Source of the DNA: Myxococcota bacterium
Lineage (GTDB): Bacteria; Myxococcota_A; UBA9160; SZUA-336
Length of the DNA stretch: 64,000 nucleotides
Direction of reading: 5' to 3'
Assembly (NCBI GenBank): GCA_040902485.1
Contig: JBBDXF010000038.1
Coordinates: 229,134-293,133, forward strand
Positions 17,366-31,188 of this stretch are shown here, one piece after another. The number at the start of each line of letters is the position of its first letter. Within the stretch, counting starts at the first letter, position 1. The notes under the pieces were generated by a model that did not search any database, was not told the DNA's origin, and saw only the letters and a list, made by a program, of their open reading frames with translations. A program made the translations under genes and the position numbers.

Positions 17366-18487
17366 TCAACGAATTCTTGAGAGGGCGGTGGCCAGCTCCG
17401 CGACCTCGACGGGCTCCAGCAGCTCGTGGAGCGGCTCGAGCGTGCCCGGGTCGAGCGCGAGCGAATCGACCGGCGCGGCCAGCGCGATCGACTCGATCTG
17501 CCGGTCCGAGAGCTCGACCAGCGCGGGCCGGAGCTGCGTGTCGAGGTCGAGCCGCGCGTCGCCGTTCGCGGCCCGGACCTGGATGCGCTTCCCGAGCTCG
17601 ATCTGCAGCGCGAACAGGTCGCGCAGCGCCGCCGGGTCGAGCCCGAGATCGATCGCGCGCTGGCGCACGGCCTCGAGCACGCGCGCCTCCTGGACGGTGT
17701 CCTCGATCGGCCGCTGGTGCGCGCGCTTCCAGGCTCCGATCGCGGGCGCCAGCGCGAGCCGCCGCGCGATCAGGTCGACCAGCCGATCCGCCTCGTCCTG
17801 GCGCTGCGGGCTGCCGAACCACTTCTCGCGCAGCTTCGCGAGCTCGGGCTCGCGCTGGCGGACCAGCGGATCGAGCACCGGACCGAGCTCGGCGGCGTGC
17901 GCGGGCGCCACCCACCAGACCTTGCGATCGCGCGCCGGCTCGCAGTGGATCGGGTCGCCGACCCGCGCGAAGCCTCCGAGCTCGAAGCTGTCGGTCACGA
18001 TCGCCTCGACCTCGCCGCTCGCGAGCCGCGCGGGCAGCGTGCGGTTCGCGTCGACCGCCTCGATGCGCGCGCCCGGAAAGTGCGCGCGCGCGAAGCGCTC
18101 GAGCACGCCGCCGTGGTTCACCGCGACACTCTTCGGTGACAGCGGCCCGATCCAGCACGGCCCGCCGATCGCGACCGCCAGGCTCATGCGCCCGACCACC
18201 GCGCGCTCCGGTCGCCAGGTGACGCCGCTCATGGCCACGTCGAAGTCGCCGTGCGCGACGCGCCGCTCGAGCTCCGGCCAGCGGAACGGCACGAACACCA
18301 GCTCGCGATCGAGCGCGTCGGCGAGCAAGCGCGCCGCGTCGACGTCGAAGCCCTGGCCTTCGTTCGAGAACGGCGCGTAGTCGCCGCTCGTGCCCACGCG
18401 CAGGACGGCGCGCGGCCCGTCGGCGCGCGCCAGACCGGAAGCGCAGATCAGCAGACCGGCGCCGAGCGCCCCGCAGAGACGAACCAT
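17366..18487 (-). CDS. periplasmic fusion protein: solute-binding-protein family 3 (cyclohexadienyl-dehydratase PheC-like) domain plus C-terminal AroQ chorismate mutase domain
   Basis: Signal peptide MVRLCGALGAGLLICASGLARA. LRVGTSGDYAPFS is the SBP_bac_3 signature. C-terminal ...DRLVDLIARRLALAPAIGAWKRAHQRPIEDTVQEARVLEAVRQRAIDLGLDPAALRDLFALQIELGKRIQ matches AroQ class II chorismate mutase. Confidence 0.75.
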   Translation of the reverse strand: MVRLCGALGAGLLICASGLARADGPRAVLRVGTSGDYAPFSNEGQGFDVDAARLLADALDRELVFVPFRWPELERRVAHGDFDVAMSGVTWRPERAVVGRMSLAVAIGGPCWIGPLSPKSVAVNHGGVLERFARAHFPGARIEAVDANRTLPARLASGEVEAIVTDSFELGGFARVGDPIHCEPARDRKVWWVAPAHAAELGPVLDPLVRQREPELAKLREKWFGSPQRQDEADRLVDLIARRLALAPAIGAWKRAHQRPIEDTVQEARVLEAVRQRAIDLGLDPAALRDLFALQIELGKRIQVRAANGDARLDLDTQLRPALVELSDRQIESIALAAPVDSLALDPGTLEPLHELLEPVEVAELATALSRIR

Positions 18488-19039
18488 CTACAGCTCCGAG
18501 GCGTCCAGCTCGAACCAGTACAGGGCCGCGATCACGAGCGCCGAGCTGATCCGGCCCTCGCGCGCGTGCGCGCGCAGCTCGGCGCGCGGCACGAGCTGCA
18601 CCACCGTCTCTTCGGTGTGGCCGTTCCGGATCTCGGCGACCTTCCGCACGCCGCGCGCCACGTAGGTCTCGGTGCGGTTCCCGAACAGGGCGGGGTTCGG
18701 GTTCACGGCTCCGAGCCGCACCACGCCTTCGGCGTGGTAGCCGGTCTCCTCGAGCAGCTCGCGGGCGGCGGCCTGGGCCGCGCTCTCGCCGGGGTCGACG
18801 ATCCCGCCCGGGATCTCGAGCGTCACGCCGCGCTCGCCGTGCCGGTACTGGCGCACCATCACCAGCTCCTCGCGCTCGGTGAGCGCCAGGATGTTCACCC
18901 AATCGGCGGCGTCGATCCGGTAGAATGGATGCGGCTCACCGGTGGTCGGCGAACGCGCGAGCGTGCGGCTCACCGTGAAGACCCGGCAGTCCTGCAGGAG
19001 CCGGCTCTCGAGCTCCGTCCAGGGCATCGGTTTTGACAT
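18488..19039 (-). CDS. NUDIX hydrolase (ADP-ribose pyrophosphatase-like)
   Basis: Nudix box GGIVDPGESAAQAAARELLEETG. Two alternative ATG starts (MSKPMPW or MPW). The stop abuts the start of the downstream fusion gene. Confidence 0.85.
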   Translation of the reverse strand: MSKPMPWTELESRLLQDCRVFTVSRTLARSPTTGEPHPFYRIDAADWVNILALTEREELVMVRQYRHGERGVTLEIPGGIVDPGESAAQAAARELLEETGYHAEGVVRLGAVNPNPALFGNRTETYVARGVRKVAEIRNGHTEETVVQLVPRAELRAHAREGRISSALVIAALYWFELDASEL

Positions 19040-19067
19040 TCCTGATCTTATCGCGAGGAGGCTGGCC

Positions 19068-20075
19068 ATGGACAGGCGCGGGCTGGGTCGAACGGGTGTA
19101 CGCGTGCCGAGCCTGTGCCTGGGCACGATGACCTTCGGATTGCAGTCGGACGAGGCCACCTCGTTCGCGATCCTCGATCGCGCCTTCGAGGCCGGCATCG
19201 ACTTCTTCGACACGGCCGACGTGTACCCGCTCGGCGCGGGCGCGGAGCAGGCCGGAGCGACCGAGCAGATCATCGGCCGCTGGCTCGAAGACAGGGGCAC
19301 GCGCTCGCGCGTGTTCCTGGCCAGCAAGTGCCGCGGCAAGATGGGCGCCGGCACGAACGACGTGGGGCTCTCGCGCTTCCACATCCAGCGCGCGGTGGAG
19401 GCGAGCCTGCGGCGGCTGCGCACGGACGTGATCGACCTGTACCAGACGCACTTCCCCGATCCGCACGTGCCGATCGACGAGACGCTGCGCGCGCTCGACG
19501 ACCTCGTGCGCAAAGGCTTGGTCCGCTACGTCGGCTGCTCGAACTACCCGCTGTTCCGACTCGCCGAGGCGAGCCAGACCGCGAACGCGCTCGCACTCAC
19601 GCGCTACGAGACGCTGCAGCCGCGCTTCAACCTGCTCTACCGCGAGATCGAGACGGAGCTCCTGCCCTACGCGCGCCAGGAGCAGCTCGGCGTGATCGTC
19701 TACAACCCGATCGCCGGCGGCCTGCTCTCGGGCAAGTACAAGTCGGGCGACGCGCCGCGCGCGGGCACGCGCTTCACGATCCAGCGCGCTGGCGAGCTGT
19801 ACCGCCAGCGCTACTGGGACGAGGCGCAGCTCGCCGCGGTCTCCGATCTCGCGAAGGAGGTCGAGGCGCGCGGCCTGGCGCTGGCTTCGGTCGCGGTCGC
19901 GTGGGTGCTCGCGCAGCCGGGCATCACGTCCGCGATCATCGGCGCGAGCCGGCCCGAGCAGCTCGACGCGACGCTCGCCGGCGCCGAGCTCACGCTCGAT
20001 GCCGAGCTGACCCGTCTGTGTGACGAGGTCTGGTGGCGGCTGCCGCGCCGGCCCGTGATCGAGGGCTATCGCTAG
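19068..20075 (+). CDS. aldo/keto reductase
   Basis: MDRRGLGRTGVRVPSLCLGTMTFG...IDFFDTADVYP...GCSNYP is the AKR family signature. GAGGAGG RBS upstream. Divergent from the NUDIX gene with only a ~30-bp intergenic region. Confidence 0.9.
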   Translation: MDRRGLGRTGVRVPSLCLGTMTFGLQSDEATSFAILDRAFEAGIDFFDTADVYPLGAGAEQAGATEQIIGRWLEDRGTRSRVFLASKCRGKMGAGTNDVGLSRFHIQRAVEASLRRLRTDVIDLYQTHFPDPHVPIDETLRALDDLVRKGLVRYVGCSNYPLFRLAEASQTANALALTRYETLQPRFNLLYREIETELLPYARQEQLGVIVYNPIAGGLLSGKYKSGDAPRAGTRFTIQRAGELYRQRYWDEAQLAAVSDLAKEVEARGLALASVAVAWVLAQPGITSAIIGASRPEQLDATLAGAELTLDAELTRLCDEVWWRLPRRPVIEGYR

Positions 20076-20163
20076 CCCGATCGCACCTGCCCAGTTTCTG
20101 TGCAGTCCCGCACCGGGAATGCGCACGCGTACGCGTGGCGCGCGCGTTCACGCCTGCTCTCCA

Positions 20164-20180
20164 TGGCACGGCGGTTGCTC
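20164..20180 (+). promoter_or_regulatory. putative sigma-54 (-24/-12) promoter upstream of amtB
   Basis: TGGCAC-ggcgg-TTGCT matches the sigma-54 consensus TGGCAC-N5-TTGC(A/T). It lies ~45 bp upstream of the amtB start. A CGCACCgggaaTGCGCA element ~30 bp further upstream resembles an NtrC half-site pair. Confidence 0.55.
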
Positions 20181-20223
20181 TAGGCCCGCTTGGCTTCGAC
20201 CACCCAAGGAGAGGGAGTATCCC

Positions 20224-21636
20224 ATGCGTAGTTCGATCGAGCCTTCAACCCTCGGTCGCTGGGCAGCGCGCTCAGCCGCCTTTCTCGTTCCCCTGATCGC
20301 GAGCGTCACCGCCTTCGCACAAGAAGCGGCAGAGGCCGCTCCGCCGACGGCCGACAGCGGTGACACCGCCTGGGTGCTCACGGCGACGGCGCTGGTGCTG
20401 ATGATGACCCTGCCGGGTCTGGCGCTGTTCTACGGCGGGCTCGTTCGCTCGAAGAACGTGCTGAACGTGTTCATGCAGTGCTTCATCGCGGCCGGTGCGG
20501 TCGGCGTGCTCTGGGTGCTGGTCGGCTACAGCATCGCGTTCTCGGGCAGCGAGGACGCGGCTTTCTTCGGGAACCTCGCGAAGGCGGGCTTGGCGGGAGT
20601 GACGATCGACTCTCTGACAGGAACGATCCCCGAGTACATCTTCGTCATGTTCCAGGGGATGTTCGCGGTCATCACGCCCGCGCTGATCCTTGGCGCGGTG
20701 GTCGAGCGCATGAAGTTCTCGAGCTTCCTGCTGTTCATCTCCGTGTGGCTTCTGGTCGTGTACTGCCCGCTCGCCTACATGGTCTGGGGCGGCGGCTGGA
20801 TCTTCGACTCGGGGGCGATCGACTTCGCCGGTGGCTTGGTCGTGCACATGTCCAGCGGATTCTCCGCGCTGGCCGCGGCGATCGTGCTCGGCAAGCGCAA
20901 GGGCTACGGCAAGGAGCCCATGCCACCCCACAGCTTGCCGCTGTGTCTGATCGGCGCCGGCCTGCTCTGGACGGGCTGGTTCGGCTTCAACGCGGGCAGC
21001 GCGCTGGGCGCGTCTCCGCTGGCAGCGCTCGCGTTCCTCAACACCAGCACGGCCGCCTCCACCGCGGTGCTCTCCTGGGCGATCATCGAGTGGATCCACC
21101 GGGGCAAGCCAACGGCACTCGGCGCCGCAACCGCGGCCGTCGCCGGCCTGGTGGCGATCACACCCGCGTGCGGCGCGGTGAGCCCGATGGGCGCGATCAT
21201 GGTCGGTCTTGGCGTCGCAATCGTGTGCTACGTGGCGCTGACGTTCCTCAAGCCGCTCGCGGGCTACGACGACTCGCTCGATGCGTTCGGCGTACACGGT
21301 CTCGGCGGGGCTTGGGGCGCTCTGGCCTCCGGCATCTTCGCGGTGACCCTCGGGTCCGGCATCGAGAGCAACGGCCAGCAGATCATGGTACAGATCAAGG
21401 GCATCCTGTTCACCGCGATCTACGCGCCCGCTGCGACCTTCGTGATCCTCTACGCGATCAAGATGGTGATGGGTCTGCGCGTGACCGACGAGGACGAGTA
21501 CGAGGGCCTCGACGTCTCGCAGCACAGCGAGAGCGCGTACTCGATGAGCACGGGCTCGAGCATGGGCGGCGTTTCCGGCTCGCACGCGATGAGCGCGGAA
21601 GGCTATGCAACCTCGACTCAAGCGCGACACGCCTGA
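20224..21636 (+). CDS. amtB: ammonium transporter (Amt family)
   Basis: Signal/TM-rich protein. ...DTAWVLTATALVLMMTLPGLALFYGGLVRSKNVLN... is the Amt signature. AAGGAGAGGGAG RBS. Confidence 0.9.
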   Translation: MRSSIEPSTLGRWAARSAAFLVPLIASVTAFAQEAAEAAPPTADSGDTAWVLTATALVLMMTLPGLALFYGGLVRSKNVLNVFMQCFIAAGAVGVLWVLVGYSIAFSGSEDAAFFGNLAKAGLAGVTIDSLTGTIPEYIFVMFQGMFAVITPALILGAVVERMKFSSFLLFISVWLLVVYCPLAYMVWGGGWIFDSGAIDFAGGLVVHMSSGFSALAAAIVLGKRKGYGKEPMPPHSLPLCLIGAGLLWTGWFGFNAGSALGASPLAALAFLNTSTAASTAVLSWAIIEWIHRGKPTALGAATAAVAGLVAITPACGAVSPMGAIMVGLGVAIVCYVALTFLKPLAGYDDSLDAFGVHGLGGAWGALASGIFAVTLGSGIESNGQQIMVQIKGILFTAIYAPAATFVILYAIKMVMGLRVTDEDEYEGLDVSQHSESAYSMSTGSSMGGVSGSHAMSAEGYATSTQARHA

Positions 21637-23234
<1,598 letters not shown>

Positions 23235-23249
23235 GCCGCGCAGCCTACC

Positions 23250-25412
23250 CTACTTCGCGGCTCCGCCGATCTGCTGCTGGATCCACATGCGCAGCTGCGC
23301 CTTCGAGAGCGGCGTCTTCTGCAGCGCGAACTCGAGCAGGCGGCGGCCCTCGGCTTGGTGGCCGCTCTGGAGCGCGACGCGCCCGAGCGCGATCAGCTCG
23401 TCGTAGCCGACGCCCGGCGCGTAGATGTCGGGGATCGCCCGGCGCGAGACGCGGTACGCCTCGTCGTACTGCTCGAGCTCGAGCAGGCACGCCCACAGCC
23501 GGCTCTCCAGATACGGGCGCTGCGCGAGGCTCTTCGGGTCGTCACCGAGCCGCGCGAGCGCGAGCCGGTAGGCCTGGGCGGCGTCGCCGTAGCGATCGGC
23601 GTCGAACAGCGCGTCGGCGCGCAGGCGGTTCGGCTCGGGCCGATCCGGGTGCAGCCGCAGCAGCTCGTCGGCGCGACGCAATGCGGTGTCGGTGTCGCCG
23701 CGCTGGAGCGCGAGCACGCCCGCGAACACGCCCGTGCGTCCCCCGCCCGGGTGGATCCGGTGGATGCGCTCGAGCTCCGCCTCGGCGTTCGCGTAGCTCT
23801 GCGGGTCGTCCGGCGCGCCCACGACCTCGAGCGTGAACGGATCGATCGCGCGCAGGCGATGCTGCGCGACCAGCTCCGGGTTGCGCGAGGCGCTCGCGTA
23901 CAGCACGGACGCGTCGTCCACGAACACCGGCGCGTAGTCGGGCAGGCTCGCGACGATCGAGGCGAAGCCGCGCAGCGGGTTCGGCACGACCAGGAATGCC
24001 GGCGAGTACGTGCCGACCAGCCCCGCCAGCACGGTCGGATCCTGGAACGCCTGATCCGCCGCGAAAATGGCGCTGTCCGGAAACAGGAACGGCGTCTGCA
24101 AGTCGACGAAGATCTTCTGGCGCGGGTAGAGCTCCCACTCCAGGTAGCCGCCCTGGTTGGGGTGGTTCAGCACGTCGCCGGTCGCGCCCACGTTGGCCAG
24201 GAACGCGACCGCGCCGTCGGGCAGACCGGCCGTGCAGACCGGGAAGCCGCAGCGCGCCGCGAAGATCTCCGCGAGATAGCGGAACGGCAGGACCGAGAGC
24301 AGCGCGACCAGCGCCAGCGCGAGCCCACGCGGCAGCGCGGCCGACGCGAGCGACGGCGGCCGGAACGCGCCGAGCAGCGGCAGCGCGAGCAGCGCGAACT
24401 CCATGGAGAAGCGCTGCATGCGCAGGAGCAGCACCGCCCCGCCCGCGAGCAGCACCAGATGCGCGGGGCGCAGCGCCGCGCGGCGCAGGCCCGCGAGCGC
24501 CGCGAGCGCGGCGATCACCAAAAGCAGCGTGCGCAGGCTCGGCTGCGAGATCAGCAGGCCGTTCAGCGAGAGCTGCAGGAGCGACCACGGATCGACCGGC
24601 CGCAGCTCCTCGATGTACTGGCCCGCGAACGAGACCTCGGCGAACGGCGTCACCAGCAGCCCGACACCGTGCGGCGTCACGAGCACGCAGAGCATCGCGA
24701 CGGCGACCGCCGCCATCTCGCGCGGGGTCGCGGTGCGGGCCGCCGGGAAGTACCCGGTCCGCGTGAGCGCCCACTCGCCGAGGTACGCGCCCAGGATCAG
24801 CAGCAGCACCGGGTACTCGATGCCGTGCAGGTTCACCCACAGGATCGCGAGCGCCGGCAGCGCGAGCAGCCCGCGCCGCGCTTCGAGCAGGTACAGGAAC
24901 ACCGCGATCAACAGGTACGTCGCCGCGTGCGGCCGGATCGCCGTGAAACGCTCGAGCAGATACAGACCGACCAGCGTGAAGACGAAGGCCGCCCAGGGCA
25001 GCCCCTCCAGCGCGCGGCCGCGAGACGTCGGGGCAGCCGAGACCCGCAGCACCGCCAGTGCGAAGCCGAGCGTCGCCAGCGCCAGCAGCGCGCGCAGCCC
25101 GACGAGCGCCACCGGGCCGCCGAGCGCGTGGCTGGCATAGAGCCCCAGCTGGGTGAGCCAGTAGTAGTCGAGGAAGGCCGGGCTCGGGCGCAGGAACGAG
25201 AAGAACGCCGAGTCCGGGATGGCCCCTTCCGCCACGATCTGCCGGCCGGCGTTCAGGTGGTACCAGAGGTCGGTGTCGACCGCGATGATCGGCCAGCGCG
25301 CGGCGAGCACCGCCACCGCCGCGAAGAACAGCGCCAGGTAGAGAAGCGCGAGCTCCCGGCCCGACGCCCGGCCGCGAGCCAGGTTCACGAGCCCGGCCCG
25401 CAGCTCGGTCAC
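23250..25412 (-). CDS. polytopic membrane protein (>=10 predicted TM helices; GT-C/O-antigen-ligase-like) with C-terminal TPR repeats
   Basis: Long hydrophobic N-terminal ~450 aa followed by TPR-like repeats (…[40 protein letters not shown]…). GTG start chosen after AAGGAAG; start uncertain. The family assignment is inferential. Confidence 0.6.
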   Translation of the reverse strand: MTELRAGLVNLARGRASGRELALLYLALFFAAVAVLAARWPIIAVDTDLWYHLNAGRQIVAEGAIPDSAFFSFLRPSPAFLDYYWLTQLGLYASHALGGPVALVGLRALLALATLGFALAVLRVSAAPTSRGRALEGLPWAAFVFTLVGLYLLERFTAIRPHAATYLLIAVFLYLLEARRGLLALPALAILWVNLHGIEYPVLLLILGAYLGEWALTRTGYFPAARTATPREMAAVAVAMLCVLVTPHGVGLLVTPFAEVSFAGQYIEELRPVDPWSLLQLSLNGLLISQPSLRTLLLVIAALAALAGLRRAALRPAHLVLLAGGAVLLLRMQRFSMEFALLALPLLGAFRPPSLASAALPRGLALALVALLSVLPFRYLAEIFAARCGFPVCTAGLPDGAVAFLANVGATGDVLNHPNQGGYLEWELYPRQKIFVDLQTPFLFPDSAIFAADQAFQDPTVLAGLVGTYSPAFLVVPNPLRGFASIVASLPDYAPVFVDDASVLYASASRNPELVAQHRLRAIDPFTLEVVGAPDDPQSYANAEAELERIHRIHPGGGRTGVFAGVLALQRGDTDTALRRADELLRLHPDRPEPNRLRADALFDADRYGDAAQAYRLALARLGDDPKSLAQRPYLESRLWACLLELEQYDEAYRVSRRAIPDIYAPGVGYDELIALGRVALQSGHQAEGRRLLEFALQKTPLSKAQLRMWIQQQIGGAAK

Positions 25413-25559
25413 GACGCTTGCGACTCGGGTGACGATCCGCGGAATGGCTCGGCTTCCTTTCAGCGCGGCGGAATGTACCAGAACAGGGGCATCCGCTTGA
25501 CAGCATCGAGGTCGGGTCCTACGCAGAGCCCGCAGTTTTCTGCAATAGGAGAGAGATCC

Positions 25560-25847
25560 GTGAAAGTTCGCCCCCTGCACGACCGGATCCTGGTCCGGCG
25601 TCTGGACGCCGAGACCAAGACCGCCGGCGGCATCATCATCCCCGACACCGCCAAGGAGAAACCCCAGGAAGCCAAAGTCGTGGCCGTGGGCGCCGGCAAG
25701 ATCGGCGACGACGGCAAGCGCCAGGCCATGGGCGTGAAGGCCGGGGATCGCGTCCTGTTCGGCAAGTACAGCGGCAGCGACGTGAAGATCGACGGCGACG
25801 ACCACCTGATCATCCGCGAGGAAGACGTCCTCGCGATTCTCGAATAG
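25560..25847 (+). CDS. groES: co-chaperonin GroES
   Basis: (M)[45 protein letters not shown].... GTG start with AGGAGAGAG RBS. Confidence 0.9.
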   Translation: MKVRPLHDRILVRRLDAETKTAGGIIIPDTAKEKPQEAKVVAVGAGKIGDDGKRQAMGVKAGDRVLFGKYSGSDVKIDGDDHLIIREEDVLAILE

Positions 25848-27503
<1,656 letters not shown>

Positions 27504-27530
27504 GCGCCGCGCCTACCCAAGCTCGAACGA

Positions 27531-27561
27531 ACGGGCCCCGGAGATTCCGTCTCCGGGGCCC
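27531..27561. terminator. GC-rich hairpin between convergent groEL and ackA (putative bidirectional terminator)
   Basis: Perfect inverted repeat GGGCCCCGGAGA-ttccg-TCTCCGGGGCCC. Confidence 0.55.
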
Positions 27562-27575
27562 GACTCGTTTCCGGC

Positions 27576-28718
27576 TCAGCGCGCGCGCGACGCGCGCACG
27601 GTCGCGAGCGTCTCGCGCGCGATCTGGAGCTCCTCGTCGGTGCGCACGACGAGCACGCGCACGGGCGAGCCGAGGCTCCCGATCTCGCAGGCCTCGCCCG
27701 CGCCTTCGCGGTTGCGCTGCGCGTCGAGCGCGATGCCGAGGCGCGCGAGGCCCGCGCAGGCGAGCTCGCGTACGCGCGCCGCGTTCTCGCCCACGCCCCC
27801 GGTGAAGACGAGCGCGTCCACCCGGTCGAGCACGGCGGTATAGGCGCCGATGCACTTGCGGATCCGATACGCGTAGATCTCGAGCGCGAGCCGCGCGCGC
27901 TCGTCTCCCCGCGTCTCGCGCGCGAGGATCTCGCGCACGTCGTTCGTGCCGCACAGCCCGCGCAGACCCGACTCCTGGTTCAACGTCGCCTCCAGCGCGT
28001 CCGCCGAAAGCCCCTGCGCTCGCTGCACGAAGAGGGGAACCGCGGGATCGAGATCGCCGCTGCGCGAGCCCATCACGAGGCCCTCGAGCGGGGTGAACCC
28101 CATCGACGTGTCGACGCAGCGACCGTTCTCGATCGCCGCGGCGCTCGCCCCGTTGCCGAGGTGCAGCGTGATCAGGTTGAGCGACGCGAGCGGGCGGCCG
28201 AGCAGCGCGGCGGCGCGCTCCGCCACGTAGCCGTGGGAGGTGCCGTGGAAGCCGTAGCGGCGCACGCCGAGCCGGTACCAGTCCTCGGGCACGGCGTAGC
28301 GAAAGGCGCGCGGTGCGAGCGTGTGGTGGAACGCGGTGTCGAAGACCGCGACCTGCGGCACGCCCGGATAGGCTTCGAGACAGGCCTCGATCCCGAGCAA
28401 GTTGGCCGGATTGTGAAGCGGTGCGAGCCGCGCGAGCTCGCCGATCGCGCGGCACACGCCGGCGTCGACCAGCGTGGGCTCGCGGAAGCGCTCGCCTCCG
28501 TGAACCACGCGGTGGCCGATCGCCCCGGGCGCGCCGCAGCCGCGCAGCGACACATCGATGTGTCGGAACGCTTCCGGGAGATCGCGGGCCGCGCCCTCCT
28601 CCCCGATCCGCTCGAGCAGGCCGGAGGCGAGGCGCCGCTCGCCGTCCATCGCGAGCAGGCGGTACTTCACCGACGAGCTCCCGCAGTTCACGACCAGGAC
28701 GCGGTCTGCTTCCGCCAC
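27576..28718 (-). CDS. ackA: acetate kinase
   Basis: VLVVNCGSSSVKYRL...HGTSHGYV...HLGNGASAAAIENG. Confidence 0.9.
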   Translation of the reverse strand: MAEADRVLVVNCGSSSVKYRLLAMDGERRLASGLLERIGEEGAARDLPEAFRHIDVSLRGCGAPGAIGHRVVHGGERFREPTLVDAGVCRAIGELARLAPLHNPANLLGIEACLEAYPGVPQVAVFDTAFHHTLAPRAFRYAVPEDWYRLGVRRYGFHGTSHGYVAERAAALLGRPLASLNLITLHLGNGASAAAIENGRCVDTSMGFTPLEGLVMGSRSGDLDPAVPLFVQRAQGLSADALEATLNQESGLRGLCGTNDVREILARETRGDERARLALEIYAYRIRKCIGAYTAVLDRVDALVFTGGVGENAARVRELACAGLARLGIALDAQRNREGAGEACEIGSLGSPVRVLVVRTDEELQIARETLATVRASRAR

Positions 28719-28728
28719 GCGCGTGATC

Positions 28729-31110
28729 CTAGCCGACCGCGGCGGCGCCCCAGCGCCAGTCGCGCACCTCCGGCATGTCCTCGCCGTAGCGCTCGATGTA
28801 GTGCTTGTGGTCGATCAGCTTGTCGCGGATCGCCTGCTTGGCGTAGGCCGCGCGCGCGCCGAGCTTCGGCACGCGGTCGATCACGTCGCCGACCAGGTGG
28901 AAGCGGTCCATGTCGTTCAGCACCACCATGTCGAAAGGCGTGGTGGTGGTGCCCTCCTCCTTGTATCCGCGGACGTGGAGGTTGTCGTGGTTGGTGCGCC
29001 GGTAGGTGAGGCGGTGGATCAGCCACGGGTAGCCGTGGAAGGCGAAGAGGATCGGCTTGTCCCGGGTGAAGAGAACGTCGAACTCCTGGTCGGAGAGGCC
29101 GTTCGGGTGCTCCTCCGGCGGCTGGAGCTTCATCAGATCCACCACGTTCACGACCCGCACCTTGAGCTCCGGCACTTGCGCGCGCAGCAGCTCGACCGCG
29201 GCCAGGGTCTCGAGCGTGGGCACGTCGCCGCAGCAGGCCATCACCACGTCGGGCTCGCCGCCCCGGTCGCTGCTCGCCCACTCCCAGATGCCGATCCCCG
29301 CACGGCAGTGCTTGATCGCCTCGTCCATCGACAGCCACTGCGGCGCGGGCTGCTTGCCCGCGACCACCACGTTCACCAGGTTGCGGCTGCGCAGGCATTC
29401 GTCGGTCACGTACAGCAGGCAGTTCGCGTCGGGCGGCAGATAGACGCGAATCACTTCGGCCTTCTTGTTCACCACGTGGTCGAGAAATCCGGGATCCTGG
29501 TGGCTGAAGCCGTTGTGGTCCTGGCGCCAGACATGACTCGAGAGCAGGTAGTTCAGCGACGCGATCGAGCGCCGCCAGGGGATCTGGTTGCAGACCTTCA
29601 ACCACTTCGCATGCTGGTTGAACATCGAGTCCACGATGTGGATGAAGGCCTCGTAACAGGAGAAGAAGCCGTGGCGGCCGGTCAGCAGGTAGCCCTCGAG
29701 CCAGCCCTGGCACTGGTGCTCCGAGAGCATCTCCATGACGCGGCCGTCGCGTGCGAGCCGATCGTCGCCGGGCAGCGTCTCTGCGTTCCAGGCGCGGTTC
29801 GTCACCTCGAGAACGTCCTGCCAGCGGTTCGAGTTGTTCTCGTCGGGGCTGAACAGCCGGAAGTTGCGAGCGGACAGGTTTCGCTCCATCACGTCGCGCA
29901 GGAAGCGGCCCATCACGCGCGTCGCCTCGGCGTCGCTCGCGCCCGGGCTCGGCACGGCGACGGCGTACTCGCGGAAGTCCGGCAGCTGCAGCTCGCGGAG
30001 CAAGAGGCCGCCGTTGGCGTTCGGATTGGCGCCCATGCGCCGCGCGCCTTTCGGCGCGAGCGCCGTGATCTCCGGCTTCGGACGCCCCGTCACGTCGAAC
30101 AGCTCCTCGGGGCGATAGCTCGCGAGCCACGCCTCGAGTTGGCGCACGTGCTCCGGGTTCTCGTGCAGCGCGCCGAGCGGAACCTGGTGCGAGCGCCAGC
30201 TGCCCTCGGTGCGCTTTCCGTCGACCTGCTCGGGGCCGGTCCAGCCCTTCGGCGAGCGCAGCACGATCATCGGCCAGCGCGGTCTGCCGGTCGCGCCTGC
30301 TTCGCGCGCCGCTCGCCAGATGCCGCGGATCCGCTCGATCACGGCATCGAGCGTGTCGGCCATGAGGCGGTGCATCGCCGCGGGCTCGGAGCCCTCGACG
30401 AAAAACGGTTCGTAGCCGTAGCCGCGGAGAAGCTGCTCGAGCTCTTCGTGCGGGATGCGCGCCAAAACGCTCGGGCTGGCGATCTTGTAGCCGTTCAGGT
30501 GCAGGATCGGCAGCACCGCTCCGTCGCTGGCCGGGTTCAGGAACTTGTTCGAATGCCAGCTCGTGGCCAGTGGCCCGGTCTCGGCCTCGCCGTCGCCGAC
30601 GACACAGGCGACGATCAATTCCGGGTTGTCGAACGCCGCGCCGTAGGCGTGCGAGAGCGCATAGCCGAGCTCACCGCCCTCGTGGATCGAGCCCGGTGTC
30701 TCGGGCGCGACGTGACTCGGAATTCCGCCCGGAAAGGAGAACTGCCTGAACAGGCGCTTCATGCCCGCCAGGTCCTGCGACACGGCGGGGTAGACCTCGC
30801 TGTACGTGCCCTCGAGCCAGGTGCTCGCCACGAGCGCGGGTCCGCCGTGGCCCGGACCGGTGAGGAAGAGCACGTCGAGATCGAACCGGTTGATCACGCG
30901 ATTCAGGTGCGCGTACAGGAAGTTCAGTCCCGGCGTCGTGCCCCAGTGACCGAGCAGACGCGGCTTCACGTGCTCCTTCGCGAGCGGAACGCGCAGCAGC
31001 GGGTTGTCGTAGAGGTAGATCTGACCGACCGCGAGGTAGTTGGCGGCGCGCCACCATGCATCGAGGCGGTCGAGATCGTCGTCGCTGGCGGTACCGGTCC
31101 GCGCGGACAT
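28729..31110 (-). CDS. xfp: xylulose-5-phosphate/fructose-6-phosphate phosphoketolase
   Basis: 793 aa. [24 protein letters not shown]...[11 protein letters not shown]...GPGHGGPA is the phosphoketolase signature. Immediately upstream of ackA. Confidence 0.9.
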   Translation of the reverse strand: MSARTGTASDDDLDRLDAWWRAANYLAVGQIYLYDNPLLRVPLAKEHVKPRLLGHWGTTPGLNFLYAHLNRVINRFDLDVLFLTGPGHGGPALVASTWLEGTYSEVYPAVSQDLAGMKRLFRQFSFPGGIPSHVAPETPGSIHEGGELGYALSHAYGAAFDNPELIVACVVGDGEAETGPLATSWHSNKFLNPASDGAVLPILHLNGYKIASPSVLARIPHEELEQLLRGYGYEPFFVEGSEPAAMHRLMADTLDAVIERIRGIWRAAREAGATGRPRWPMIVLRSPKGWTGPEQVDGKRTEGSWRSHQVPLGALHENPEHVRQLEAWLASYRPEELFDVTGRPKPEITALAPKGARRMGANPNANGGLLLRELQLPDFREYAVAVPSPGASDAEATRVMGRFLRDVMERNLSARNFRLFSPDENNSNRWQDVLEVTNRAWNAETLPGDDRLARDGRVMEMLSEHQCQGWLEGYLLTGRHGFFSCYEAFIHIVDSMFNQHAKWLKVCNQIPWRRSIASLNYLLSSHVWRQDHNGFSHQDPGFLDHVVNKKAEVIRVYLPPDANCLLYVTDECLRSRNLVNVVVAGKQPAPQWLSMDEAIKHCRAGIGIWEWASSDRGGEPDVVMACCGDVPTLETLAAVELLRAQVPELKVRVVNVVDLMKLQPPEEHPNGLSDQEFDVLFTRDKPILFAFHGYPWLIHRLTYRRTNHDNLHVRGYKEEGTTTTPFDMVVLNDMDRFHLVGDVIDRVPKLGARAAYAKQAIRDKLIDHKHYIERYGEDMPEVRDWRWGAAAVG

Positions 31111-31188
31111 CCTCGAAGCCTAGCCGTTGCGGGTACACTCGGGTGGTCGGAGGCGGAGAGGCTCGATGGCAAGGGCAGGAGGTTCGTC

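Noticed and set aside
25413-25559. A CIRCE (HrcA) operator upstream of groES.
   Set aside because: I looked for TTAGCACTC-N9-GAGTGCTAA and found nothing similar. The region contains only a CTTGACA…CCTACGCAG arrangement, a weak sigma-70 or sigma-32-like promoter at best, so no regulatory call was made.
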